Shown here: positions 48,608 to 57,841 of the stretch, one piece after another
How positions within the stretch are numbered: the stretch's first letter is position 1
How the letters are laid out: the number at the start of each line of letters is the position of its first letter
Assembly (NCBI GenBank): GCA_041577335.1
Contig: JBFGJH010000001.1
Span: 68,221 to 132,220 of the forward strand
DNA length: 64,000 nt
Reading direction: 5' to 3'
Source of the DNA: Acidimicrobiia bacterium
GTDB taxonomy: Bacteria; Actinomycetota; Acidimicrobiia; Spongiisociales; JAENVV01
Notes under the pieces: generated by a model
The model's input: only the letters and a program-made list of their open reading frames with translations
The model's database searches: none
Told to the model about the DNA's origin: nothing
Made by a program: the position numbers and the translations under genes

Positions 48608-49381
48608 ATGAACCCCATCGAGAAGATCACCGCCGGTCTGCAACATGCCGCAACAGCGCTGGAACCGTTCACACCGGGAGCGATCGAAGCCCGCCGCAAG
48701 GACGGGGGCGACCCCGTCACCGATGCCGATCTTGCCGTCAATGAAGTGCTCCGCGAGTTTCTCCCCGAGCGCGGCGACGGATGGCTGTCCGAAGAGACGG
48801 CTGACGACCATGCCAGGCTGGAGTGTGATCGGGTTTGGATCGTGGATCCCGTGGACGGGACGCGCGAGTTCGTCATGGGGCTTCCCGAATGGTGTGTGTC
48901 CATCGGCCTTGTCGAGGATGGCATCGCGGTTGCCGGAGGCATCTACAACCCGGCCGCCGGCCACCTGATCGTCGGCAGCATCGGCACAGGCGTCACGCTC
49001 AACGGGGCCGCGGTGAACAAACACTGGCCGCCCGACCTGGCCGGCCTCACCGTGCTGGCCAGCCGCAGCGAGGTCACCCGGGGCGAATGGGACCGCTTCG
49101 ATGGGGCAGACTTCTCGGTCTGTCCGATGGGCTCGGTTGCCTACAAGCTCGGACGCGTCGCGGCCGGACTCAACGGCGCGACCTGGACCCTGGTCCCGAA
49201 GAACGAGTGGGACATCGCCGCCGGGGTTGCGCTGGTTCACGCGTCAGGCGGCAGAGCGGTGACGACCGACGGCAGTCCCCGGCGATTCAACCAGCCAAAC
49301 CCGCGCCTCCCCGGCTTCGTGGCAACCGGTCCCGGCCTCGACTCCACAGTTCTCGAGTATTTGGCGATCCCGGTCGCCTGA
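48608..49381 (+). CDS. cysQ: 3'(2'),5'-bisphosphate nucleotidase (inositol monophosphatase family)
   Basis: PVTDAD, LSEE, WIVDPVDGTREF, ASRS and EWDIAAG; follows the PAPS synthase. Confidence 0.88.
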   Translation: MNPIEKITAGLQHAATALEPFTPGAIEARRKDGGDPVTDADLAVNEVLREFLPERGDGWLSEETADDHARLECDRVWIVDPVDGTREFVMGLPEWCVSIGLVEDGIAVAGGIYNPAAGHLIVGSIGTGVTLNGAAVNKHWPPDLAGLTVLASRSEVTRGEWDRFDGADFSVCPMGSVAYKLGRVAAGLNGATWTLVPKNEWDIAAGVALVHASGGRAVTTDGSPRRFNQPNPRLPGFVATGPGLDSTVLEYLAIPVA

Positions 49382-49399
49382 AAGCCGACTTCGGGCGGC

Positions 49400-50785
49400 C
49401 TAGTTCGATTTCGCCGCCGCACGTGGGGTAAAGGCCGGGAGGGTCACCACCGCATCGACTCCTCCGGTAGCTGCCGGACGCAACGCAGCCGTTCCGCCCG
49501 ACGCCTCGGCAAGCTGGCTCACGATGGCGAGCCCGAGGCCGGTGCCACTGCGGGTCGAGTCGTTGCGCCAGAACCGGTCGAATGCCCGGTGTCGTTCTTC
49601 AGGGGCCATGCCGGGCCCCGAATCCACGACGTGGATCTCATGGTGGTCGGTGCCGGCGACAATGCTCATGACGATGGGCGCCCCGGGGGGCGAGACCGCC
49701 AATGCGTTGTCCAACAAATTGTCGAGGATCTGTTCAACCGCCCCCGGTGTCGCCATCGCCCACACGGGGCCCTGTCCCGCTCCTCCGGCGATTGTCACTC
49801 CCCGCTCCTCTGCAACGGCCCCCCACAGATCGCAGCGATCCTTCACCTCGCTCGCCAGATCGACCCGCTCGGGCGGCGGGGGAGCTTCGTCCGCTCTGGC
49901 CAGGACCAACAGCTGCTCGACCAGGCGACCGAGCCGCTCCACCTCGACCAGCGCAGCCTGCACGTCACCTTGCGCCCCGTCGGTCACCTCGTCTTCGAGA
50001 TTCTCGAGACGCAAGCGGAGAGCAGTGAGCGGCGTCCGCAGCTGATGGGAGGCGTCCCCAACGAACGCTCGCTGGCGCTCGATGAGATCTCCAAGTCGGG
50101 AGGCCATCTCGTTGAACCGACGCACGAGATCACCGAGCTCGGCAGGGGCGTCGTCAGCATCGATGCTCACCGTGAGGTCGCCGGCGCCGGCCCGCACGGC
50201 CGCGTCCCGCACTGCCAGGATTGGGCGGCTGATCGACCGAGCTATCACCCAGCCCACCAACGCGATGGCAGCCATCACGACTATGGCAATGCCTGCCAGG
50301 CTCCACCAGAACCGGTTGATCCGCGCCTCGACATCGGAAGGGTCGGCGGTGATGCGCGTGGCACCATAGACCGTCCCCCCTGACGCCACCGGGACGGCCA
50401 CGTAGAGCAGGTCTCGGCCGAGAGTGTCCGATCTCCGCCGACCACTCACGATCTGGCCTTCGAGGGCCAGCGCCACTTCTTCCCGATTGGAAAAGTCTTC
50501 GTTCGGCTCACGCTCGGTGTCGACGATGGAGACACCCTCGCGGTCGGTGACCACCACCCGGGTCGAGCTACCGGCTGCGTAATCGGCGGCCGGCTGGGGG
50601 CTGTAAGGGGCGTCGTTGTCGAGGGCGTCCTCGTAGATCGTGGCGAGGACGAGTGCGTCCCGCTCCAAGCTCGTCGTGAGCTCCTGGCGTTGCTGCTCGG
50701 CGACATATATCCCGAAGGGGACTTCGAGAACGATCAGCACGAACAGCGTCACCGTGAGATAAGACAGCAGCAACCGACGGGTCAT
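49400..50785 (-). CDS. Sensor histidine kinase
   Basis: DASHQLRTPL, NLLDNA, DSGPG and GTGLGLAIV; TM and HAMP regions. Confidence 0.92.
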   Translation of the reverse strand: MTRRLLLSYLTVTLFVLIVLEVPFGIYVAEQQRQELTTSLERDALVLATIYEDALDNDAPYSPQPAADYAAGSSTRVVVTDREGVSIVDTEREPNEDFSNREEVALALEGQIVSGRRRSDTLGRDLLYVAVPVASGGTVYGATRITADPSDVEARINRFWWSLAGIAIVVMAAIALVGWVIARSISRPILAVRDAAVRAGAGDLTVSIDADDAPAELGDLVRRFNEMASRLGDLIERQRAFVGDASHQLRTPLTALRLRLENLEDEVTDGAQGDVQAALVEVERLGRLVEQLLVLARADEAPPPPERVDLASEVKDRCDLWGAVAEERGVTIAGGAGQGPVWAMATPGAVEQILDNLLDNALAVSPPGAPIVMSIVAGTDHHEIHVVDSGPGMAPEERHRAFDRFWRNDSTRSGTGLGLAIVSQLAEASGGTAALRPAATGGVDAVVTLPAFTPRAAAKSN

Positions 50786-51453
50786 GTGGGCGCTTCGTCC
50801 GATAGCCGATATCCCACGCCACGAACGGTCTCGATGAGGGCCGGGTCGCCCAGCTTCCGGCGAAGCGAAGCAATATGGACGTCCAAGGTCTTGGTGGAGC
50901 CCCACCAGTTCTCGTCCCATACGGCACGAAGAATCTGATCTCGGGTGCACACCGCGCCCCGGTCTTCTGCCAGAAACGACAGCAGGTCATACTCCTTGGG
51001 CGTGAGCGTCACGGACATATCTCGCACCGTCACTGCTCGCGTCCGGTGGTCGATCTTCACGAGCCCTTGATCGGGGGCAGCCGGCTTCACTGAGATTCGT
51101 TCGCCACCTGTCCGGCGAAGCACCGCTCGGATTCTCGCCACCAGCTCCCGGAATCCGAACGGCTTCACGACGTAGTCGTCGGCACCGAACTCGAGCAGCG
51201 CAACTCGCTCGATCTCCTCGGAGCGGGCGGTGACCACGATGATGGGGACATCCGAGCGATCACGTAGCTTGCGGCACACGACCTGACCGTCGAGGTCGGG
51301 CAAACCGAGATCAAGCAAAACGAGGTCTCCTGGATCGGCGTTGAGAGCATCAGCGCCGCTCGCCACCCAATGGACCTCAAAGCCTTGGCGCTCGAGACCC
51401 GCTACAAGAGGTTCGGCAATGGCGGGGTCATCTTCGACGAGCAGCAATCTCAT
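50782..51453 (-). CDS. OmpR-family response regulator
   Basis: LLLVEDD, LDLGLPD, ADDYVVKPF and IETVRGVGY. Confidence 0.95.
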   Translation of the reverse strand: MRLLLVEDDPAIAEPLVAGLERQGFEVHWVASGADALNADPGDLVLLDLGLPDLDGQVVCRKLRDRSDVPIIVVTARSEEIERVALLEFGADDYVVKPFGFRELVARIRAVLRRTGGERISVKPAAPDQGLVKIDHRTRAVTVRDMSVTLTPKEYDLLSFLAEDRGAVCTRDQILRAVWDENWWGSTKTLDVHIASLRRKLGDPALIETVRGVGYRLSDEAPT

Positions 51454-51490
51454 GACGTCAGGATGCCAGCATTCTCGGCAAGTAGCCGGT

Positions 51491-51509
51491 GTCTTTACCA
51501 AGTCTTTGC
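51491..51509. promoter_or_regulatory. Direct repeat GTCTTTAC-CAA-GTCTTTGC (11-bp period); candidate regulator site
   Basis: Lies between the response regulator and the divergent secreted-protein gene. Confidence 0.4.
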
Positions 51510-51578
51510 ACGAGGCTGCCCCACCACTTGCCGCTCCGCGGTTACCTTGACACCACCTGAGCAGCAAGGAGAATCCCC

Positions 51579-52199
51579 GTGAAGATCAGCAAGACCGCTT
51601 TGGCAGCCTCCGCCTCGGTGGCAGCGGTGCTCATGGCGGGAACTGCGGCTCTCGCCGCGAACCTCGGAGTCTTGGGTGCGACCGACAACGCTGCCGATCT
51701 GTCGGTAGCACCCACGATCATCGCAGCTGCTCCCGCACCAACCACCGCCCCCACCACGACTGCTCCCGCATCGGTCACCCAGACAACCGTGACTGTGCCA
51801 ACTACCACCGCGGTGAGCACGACGGCTTATCAGGTCGATGGGATAGGAGTAATCACACTCGCCCACACGGACGACACGCTCAACGTGAGCGCCATCGACG
51901 CGAACCCGGAGTGGGAGTGGATTGACGACAGCATCGAGCCAACCCAAGTGATGCTTCAGTTCACTTCGGGCGACACAGTGATTTCGTTCTTGGCTCGACT
52001 GGCGCAAGGAGAAGTAACGGTCGAGGTGTTCGACGTGACCCCCGTCCCAGCCACCAGTGGCACGACTTCGACCTCCATCGACGATGACCACGACAGCGAC
52101 GATTCCGGGGGCAGCGACAACAGCGGTAGTGGCAGCAGCAATAGCGGAAGCGGCAGCGGGGACGACGACAGCCAGGACGACCCGAGCTATGACGACTGA
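51579..52199 (+). CDS. Secreted low-complexity protein (Thr/Pro linker, Asp/Ser/Gly tail)
   Basis: AAGGAG before the GTG; signal peptide; divergent from the two-component system. Confidence 0.75.
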   Translation: MKISKTALAASASVAAVLMAGTAALAANLGVLGATDNAADLSVAPTIIAAAPAPTTAPTTTAPASVTQTTVTVPTTTAVSTTAYQVDGIGVITLAHTDDTLNVSAIDANPEWEWIDDSIEPTQVMLQFTSGDTVISFLARLAQGEVTVEVFDVTPVPATSGTTSTSIDDDHDSDDSGGSDNSGSGSSNSGSGSGDDDSQDDPSYDD

Positions 52200-52236
52200 G
52201 CCGTCGCAGGCGCCCACAAGTCGGCGAAGAAGCCCG

Positions 52237-53319
52237 CTACCCGACCGCCACCAGATCTCGCGAGGACTGGTTGAACCGCACGGCGGCGTCTTCGGTGACC
52301 GTCACGATATCTTCGATGCGCATACCGAAGCGGCCGGGCAGGTAGACGCCGGGCTCGATCGAAAAGACCATCCCCGGCTCGAGTGATGCCGTGTTGCCTT
52401 CCACCAGATATGGGTCCTCATGGACATCGAGGCCGATTCCATGACCGACCCTGTGAATGAAGTAGTCACCCCAGCCGGCGTTGGCGAGCACGCTTCGGGC
52501 GGCAAGGTCGATGTCCTCGCAGGCAACACCGGGCCGAACGGCCTCGAATGCCGCTTCTTGGGCAGAGCGCAAAGCTGCGTACGCCTCTTGTTCCTCCCTC
52601 CCGGCCTCACCGATCTGAAAGGTGCGGGTCGTGTCGGATTGGTAGCCGTCCATGGATCCTCCGAAGTCGCAGACGACTAGATCTCCCTGTTCCATGACCC
52701 GTTTGCTCGGCTCGTGGTGGGGGGAGGCGCCGTTCGGTCCCGCGGCGACGATCGCGAATTCCACGGTCTCATGGCCGGCTGCTCGCAACAGGCCAGAGAT
52801 CTCGATGGCCAGGTCTTGTTCGGTACGCCCCGCAAATGGCACGCCAGCGAGGTGGGTCATCACCGAGTCGGCGGCTCGGCCAACAGCACTCAGCTTCTCC
52901 AATTCGTCGGCATCCTTGCGCATACGGAGGCTCGACATGAGCGCCGCCGCATCGGTCCAGACGACTCCGGGCACCGCTGCTTGGAGGTGCATGAGGAACC
53001 GCGCCCACGTCTCTGAACCGACGGCGATTGAGCCGGCTCCGCCGAGTCGAGATGCCACCAGCTTCACGGGATCGTCTGTCTCGGACCATGGCACGAGTTC
53101 CATGGGGAGAAGGGTGCGGTCGACGCGAGGCGCCTCCAGCCCCGGAATGACCAACACGGCGTCCGATTGGGTGACAACCGCCATCGTGAGCCGCTCCAGT
53201 GGCATTGCCCGATAGCCGGTCAAATAAGGCAGGTCAGAGCCAACGGAAAGTAACAGCGCATCGACCTCCGCCACCACCATCGCTTGGCGCACGGATTCCA
53301 TTCGAGCCGGAAAACTCAT
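52237..53319 (-). CDS. Xaa-Pro aminopeptidase (M24B)
   Basis: YQSDTTRT, HRVGHGIGLDVHE, SIEPGVY and MRIED. Confidence 0.93.
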   Translation of the reverse strand: MSFPARMESVRQAMVVAEVDALLLSVGSDLPYLTGYRAMPLERLTMAVVTQSDAVLVIPGLEAPRVDRTLLPMELVPWSETDDPVKLVASRLGGAGSIAVGSETWARFLMHLQAAVPGVVWTDAAALMSSLRMRKDADELEKLSAVGRAADSVMTHLAGVPFAGRTEQDLAIEISGLLRAAGHETVEFAIVAAGPNGASPHHEPSKRVMEQGDLVVCDFGGSMDGYQSDTTRTFQIGEAGREEQEAYAALRSAQEAAFEAVRPGVACEDIDLAARSVLANAGWGDYFIHRVGHGIGLDVHEDPYLVEGNTASLEPGMVFSIEPGVYLPGRFGMRIEDIVTVTEDAAVRFNQSSRDLVAVG

Positions 53320-54254
53320 GCCCGAGTGATTCGAATGATGAGGTTGCCGTTGTCATCGACGGTCACCAAGCCATCGGTGGCTGTCGAGTGGGCGTCCGCT
53401 TTCATGACGACCATCATACGATGGCCGTCGGGCCAGTCGTTGGGGACGGTGTACACGGTATCGAGCATGATCGGCATGTGATGGCGTGCCCGGTCGACAT
53501 TGTCGCCGGTGGCCGGCCCAATACGCCACTGTTCGGCCCGATCACCGTCGAGGTCATAGGCCCAAAGATGGCCGGCGACGCCAACATTGGCCGGCAAGTC
53601 GTTGGTCACCCGGAAATAGCCACTCACGTCGAGGGTATCGCCCCCTGAGACCGGCACGGGTGCCTTCAGGACGACCTCGAAACCCAGACCGGCGGTACTG
53701 GTCACGGCCAGCTCGTCGACCAGTACCTCGCTGGAGTGGGCGTACAGCAGCACACAATCGTCGAGGTCGATGCCTTCGGCGGCGGTGAGCGGAACGACAC
53801 CGCACACCCGTGGTTGCGATGCCAACTCGCCGGCGATGATCGACAGCTCGTGAGCGTTGCACTCTGCTGCCCGTCGAGCCAGCTCTGCTGCGTCTTGCCC
53901 AATGGTGGCGTCGGCTTCGTAGCCCGCGCAGGCAACCGAAGCTGCGTCGGAGAATGCGGCAACGATCGATTCGTACTGAGCTGCTCCAGCGTCACCCAGC
54001 TCCTCGATCAACGAAGCCAAGTCTCCCTCGGCGGCCCGGCGGGCGGCCGCCTCGTCGCGCAGAGCACGTTCGGTGGCGGCCAAGCGCCCCTGGGCTTCCG
54101 CAAGGTCGTCCTGGAGTTGGGCCACATCATCTGACATCTGCCGCCGGTCAGAAGCGGCCCGCACGTCGGTCGGTGACGGCGCCAGGTATACCACCACCAG
54201 AATGGCCACGAGTGCGAGGCCAATGAGAACTTTGCGATCACGGGCTTTGAGCAT
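53316..54254 (-). CDS. Hypothetical membrane-anchored protein with coiled coil and C-terminal beta-rich domain
   Basis: N-terminal TM segment and heptad stretch; stop overlaps the M24 start; no family recognised. Confidence 0.6.
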   Translation of the reverse strand: MLKARDRKVLIGLALVAILVVVYLAPSPTDVRAASDRRQMSDDVAQLQDDLAEAQGRLAATERALRDEAAARRAAEGDLASLIEELGDAGAAQYESIVAAFSDAASVACAGYEADATIGQDAAELARRAAECNAHELSIIAGELASQPRVCGVVPLTAAEGIDLDDCVLLYAHSSEVLVDELAVTSTAGLGFEVVLKAPVPVSGGDTLDVSGYFRVTNDLPANVGVAGHLWAYDLDGDRAEQWRIGPATGDNVDRARHHMPIMLDTVYTVPNDWPDGHRMMVVMKADAHSTATDGLVTVDDNGNLIIRITRA

Positions 54255-54320
54255 TGTCACCTATAACGCTTTGGAAACGGAACAAGGTTCCTGACACAGC
54301 ACCAACACCGGTCGACGTGG

Positions 54321-56009
54321 CTAACGCCGGTCCCCGATCGCAACAGCGACTGGCCCGCTCGTGGTGTGGGCCAGCGAGTCCTTGGCGTGATAGCTCGATC
54401 TGACCAGGGGGCCGGACTCGACGGTACGGATGCCGACGCTCTCCCCGTACGCCTTGAACTCTGCGAATTCGTCCGGATGGACGTATCGCTTCACAGGCGC
54501 GTGGCGCGCGGTGGGGCGGAGATACTGGCCGATCGTCACGATGCTCACGCCCACCGCGTTGAGATCGGCCAGAGTGCCAAGCACCTCGTCCTTGGTCTCG
54601 CCCATACCCACGATGAGACCGGATTTGATGGCGCTGTTTGGGTTCATCCACCGGGCTCGCGCCAACAGCGCCAACGATCGGCCGTAGTTGGCGGCAGTCC
54701 GTACGTCGCGCTGCAGTCTGAGGACCGTCTCGGTGTTGTGATTCAACACCTCCGGCGTTGCGGCCATGACGGTCTCGAGGGCGACCTTGACACCCTTGAA
54801 GTCGGGGACGAGAACCTCGACGGAGCAACCAGGGCTGGCCCGCCTGATTTCCTTGATTGTGGCGGCGAAGATGTCTGCTCCGCCGAGCGCCAGGTCGTCA
54901 CGATTGACCGATGTGACGACCGCGTGGCGGAGGCCCATCTTTTGGACGGCCTCAGCGACGCGAAACGGCTCGAGCACGTCGAACTCCGTTGGCTTGCCCG
55001 TCTGCACATTGCAGAACGAGCAGGCCCGGGTACACAGGTCACCGAGAATCATGACTGTCGCGGTGCCTTGCCCCCAGCATTCGTAGATGTTGGGGCATCC
55101 GGCTTCTTCGCACACGGTGTTCAAGTCGAGCCCACGCATCAGCTTCTTGAGCTCGACATAGTCTTCGCCCATCGTCGCGGTGACCTTCATCCATTCCGGA
55201 CGCTCGGGCTCTCCCGGCAAACGACCACCGATCACGACCGGCTCTGCGCTGCGTTTCTCGGGCGAAAACGTCCCACCTGCGAGGAGCTCATCGACCACAT
55301 AGGATCGAGGGCGACCCTGGCCGCGTGCGAAGGCACTCAGCTGGATTTCGTGTCGGCGGTGACCGAATGCCGCGGCGACGGATTCGGCCACGAGCTCGGC
55401 GACGTCTTCGAGCACCACCGTGCCGCCCAACATCTCCGAAATCGAGGTGACCGGCCGGTCGGCGATGCCACACGGGTGAATCTTCTCGAAGTAGGAGAGG
55501 TCGGGGTTGACATTCAGCCCGAACCCGTGGGTCGACACGCCCCGCGATACCCGGATCCCGATGGCGGCGATCTTGCCACGCGAGGTCCAGACGCCGGTGT
55601 AACCATCCTCCGTCCAGGCTGCGATATCCAGTTCGGCAAGGGCGTTGACGAGCCCCTGCTCGATCGTCCGCACATGCGGAACGATGCGCTTGGGGTCGGT
55701 CAACCCGATGATCGGATAGCCGACGAGCTGGCCCGGCCCGTGGTAGGTGATGTCGCCACCGCGATCGACGTGATGAAGCTCGGCGCCGAGATCGGACAGC
55801 GTTCGGTCGTCGATCAGCAGGTTTGAGCCATCGCCGTTGCGTCCGACCGTGAAGACGTGGGGATGCTCCACCAGGAGCAAGTAGTCGTCAGCGGTCCGTC
55901 CTTCGACTCGGCCTTCCCAGAAGGCCCGCTGCAGATCCCAAGCTTCGTCGTAGGCCATGCGCCCCAGCCACCGGGAGCGGAGCACCGAGGCCCGATCCGG
56001 AAACTTCAA
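54321..56009 (-). CDS. lipA: Fused octanoyltransferase LipB - lipoyl synthase LipA
   Basis: LipB motifs HPHVFTVG, RGGDITYHGPGQL, KIAAIG and PCG; LipA motifs CEEAGCPNIYEC, CTRACSFC and RSSY; the TTG overlaps the dlaT stop. Confidence 0.93.
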   Translation of the reverse strand: MKFPDRASVLRSRWLGRMAYDEAWDLQRAFWEGRVEGRTADDYLLLVEHPHVFTVGRNGDGSNLLIDDRTLSDLGAELHHVDRGGDITYHGPGQLVGYPIIGLTDPKRIVPHVRTIEQGLVNALAELDIAAWTEDGYTGVWTSRGKIAAIGIRVSRGVSTHGFGLNVNPDLSYFEKIHPCGIADRPVTSISEMLGGTVVLEDVAELVAESVAAAFGHRRHEIQLSAFARGQGRPRSYVVDELLAGGTFSPEKRSAEPVVIGGRLPGEPERPEWMKVTATMGEDYVELKKLMRGLDLNTVCEEAGCPNIYECWGQGTATVMILGDLCTRACSFCNVQTGKPTEFDVLEPFRVAEAVQKMGLRHAVVTSVNRDDLALGGADIFAATIKEIRRASPGCSVEVLVPDFKGVKVALETVMAATPEVLNHNTETVLRLQRDVRTAANYGRSLALLARARWMNPNSAIKSGLIVGMGETKDEVLGTLADLNAVGVSIVTIGQYLRPTARHAPVKRYVHPDEFAEFKAYGESVGIRTVESGPLVRSSYHAKDSLAHTTSGPVAVAIGDRR

Positions 56010-57793
56010 TCGAGCTCCTGTTCCCAATCCCAGGTCTCGATGTTCTCCTTGATGCGTCGCAGGAACAGCACCGCGGTGGAGCCATCGAAGGCACGATGGT
56101 CCCAGGAGAGGCCGAGGTAGGCGATGTGACGGATAGCAATCGAGTCCTGCCCATCGGCCGAAGTCACAACCGTCGGCCGCTTCGTCACTGTGTCCGTCGA
56201 CAAGATCGCAACGTTGGGAACGTTGATGATCGGTGCAGACATGAAGGAGCCGAACGGTCCAGGGTTGGTGATCGTGAAGGTGGATCCCGAGAGATCGTCG
56301 ATCGACAGCTGGTTGGTACGACCTCGATCAGCCAAATCGCGGATACTGCGAGCGAGGCCCACCATCCTCAGGCCGTCTGCATTCCTGATCGTGGCAACGA
56401 TGAGGCCTTCCTGGTTCAGGTCGATGGCGATCCCGAGGTTGATTGCGCTGTGATAAACCGCCTGCTTCTGTTCGAGATAGAACGAGCTGTTGACGACAGG
56501 AAATTCGTTGAGAGCGTCGATGGTGGCTCTGGCGATGAAGGGCAGATACGTCAAAGAATGGCCTTCACGCGCCTTGTACTCCGTCTTGTGGGCCTGGCGC
56601 ACGCGCTCGACACGCTCGAAGTCCACCTCGACGGACGTCCACACATGGGCGGCTGTCTGCTTGGACCGGATCATGTTCTCGCCGATGCGAGAACGAATCC
56701 GATTGAGACCCTGCACAACGTCGCCGTCCATGGTCACCACACCCTCAGACGCGTCGACCGAGGCCGTCGGCCGTGCCGGTTGGGGCGTCGATGGTGCAGC
56801 CGGCGGGGCCGCCGCGACCGGTGCGGTTGGAGGCGGGGCCGGGGTGGGAGCGGGCGCCGGAGCTGAGCCGTGTGCGGCGACATAGGCCTCAACGTCTTTG
56901 CGCGTGATCCGGCCCTCGCGGCCGGTGCCCGTGACCTTCCCGAGGTCGACGCCGTGATCCTTGGCCAGTTTCCGTACGACCGGCGAAAAGAACGCGCCCT
57001 CAGGCACCGGTGCGACCGCGGCAGCCACCGGAGCAGCCGCGACCGGTGCGGGACTGGCGGCAGGGGCTTGCGGAGCAGGGCCGCCGGTGGGCTCGGCCGC
57101 GGGAGCAGGCTTTGGCGGTGCGGCTTCCGGCGGAGGAGCCGGTGCCGCGCCTGTGGCCCCGATCACAACCATCGGAGCACCCACCGCGATGGTGTCGCCT
57201 TCCGCGGCGACAATCTCCAGAACCGTTCCGGCAACCGGCGAAGGCACTTCGGTGTCGACCTTGTCGGTGGAGATCTCCACGATGACCTCGTCGACCGCCA
57301 CCGCATCGCCCACCTGCTTCGTCCAGCTGAGGATGGTACCTTCGGTAACGGTCTCTCCCAGTTGCGGCATCGTGACCGTTGTCGATTCCCCTCCGGCGGA
57401 AGCGGCCACGGGGGCCGGATCTGGCGCCTCGACTGGCTCGGGAGCCGGTTCTGACTCGGCCGGTGGAGGCTCGGGATCGACCGTGTCGGCTTCGGCTGTG
57501 TCAGCCTCGGCGGTGTCGGCTTCGACGGGGGCAGCAGCGCCACCAGATGCCTCACCGGCTTCTCCGATGATGGCCATCGCAGTGCCTACGGCGATTGTGT
57601 CGCCCTCGGCGACCAGGAGTTCGAGGACGACACCCGCGGCCGGCGAAGGCACTTCGGTGTCGACCTTGTCGGTGGAGATCTCCACCAGTACTTCGTCTTC
57701 GGCAATGGTGTCGCCCACCTGTTTCGCCCAACTGAGGATGGTCCCTTCAGTGACCGTTTCCCCGAGTTGCGGCATCGAGACCGTTGTCGCCAT
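56006..57793 (-). CDS. dlaT: 2-oxoacid dehydrogenase E2 dihydrolipoamide acyltransferase with two lipoyl domains
   Basis: Two STDKVDTEVPSP lipoyl domains, E3-binding SPVVRKLA...GTGREGRI and catalytic DHRAFDG. Confidence 0.93.
   Translation of the reverse strand: MATTVSMPQLGETVTEGTILSWAKQVGDTIAEDEVLVEISTDKVDTEVPSPAAGVVLELLVAEGDTIAVGTAMAIIGEAGEASGGAAAPVEADTAEADTAEADTVDPEPPPAESEPAPEPVEAPDPAPVAASAGGESTTVTMPQLGETVTEGTILSWTKQVGDAVAVDEVIVEISTDKVDTEVPSPVAGTVLEIVAAEGDTIAVGAPMVVIGATGAAPAPPPEAAPPKPAPAAEPTGGPAPQAPAASPAPVAAAPVAAAVAPVPEGAFFSPVVRKLAKDHGVDLGKVTGTGREGRITRKDVEAYVAAHGSAPAPAPTPAPPPTAPVAAAPPAAPSTPQPARPTASVDASEGVVTMDGDVVQGLNRIRSRIGENMIRSKQTAAHVWTSVEVDFERVERVRQAHKTEYKAREGHSLTYLPFIARATIDALNEFPVVNSSFYLEQKQAVYHSAINLGIAIDLNQEGLIVATIRNADGLRMVGLARSIRDLADRGRTNQLSIDDLSGSTFTITNPGPFGSFMSAPIINVPNVAILSTDTVTKRPTVVTSADGQDSIAIRHIAYLGLSWDHRAFDGSTAVLFLRRIKENIETWDWEQELD
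57235..57685. repeat. 46-bp identical repeat (57235-57280 and 57640-57685) from the lipoyl-domain duplication, with an EADT(A) x3 linker repeat between
   Basis: CCGGCGAAGGCACTTCGGTGTCGACCTTGTCGGTGGAGATCTCCAC occurs twice. Confidence 0.85.
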
Positions 57794-57841
57794 TTGCTAG
57801 CTGCTCCTTTTCTGGACCCGCACGCTACTTGGCTCCCATCA

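Noticed and set aside
49384..49399. GCCGAC-TTCG-GGCGGC hairpin between convergent cysQ and the kinase
   Set aside because: Short, mismatched and without a U-tract; it could be a weak terminator but I cannot support that
51720..52196. Thr/Pro and Ser/Gly/Asp low-complexity runs as tandem DNA repeats
   Set aside because: Explained by protein linker composition; there is no regular nucleotide period
57235..57685. 46-bp exact direct repeat as CRISPR or mobile-element ends
   Set aside because: Only two copies, both in frame in dlaT, encoding the duplicated lipoyl domain
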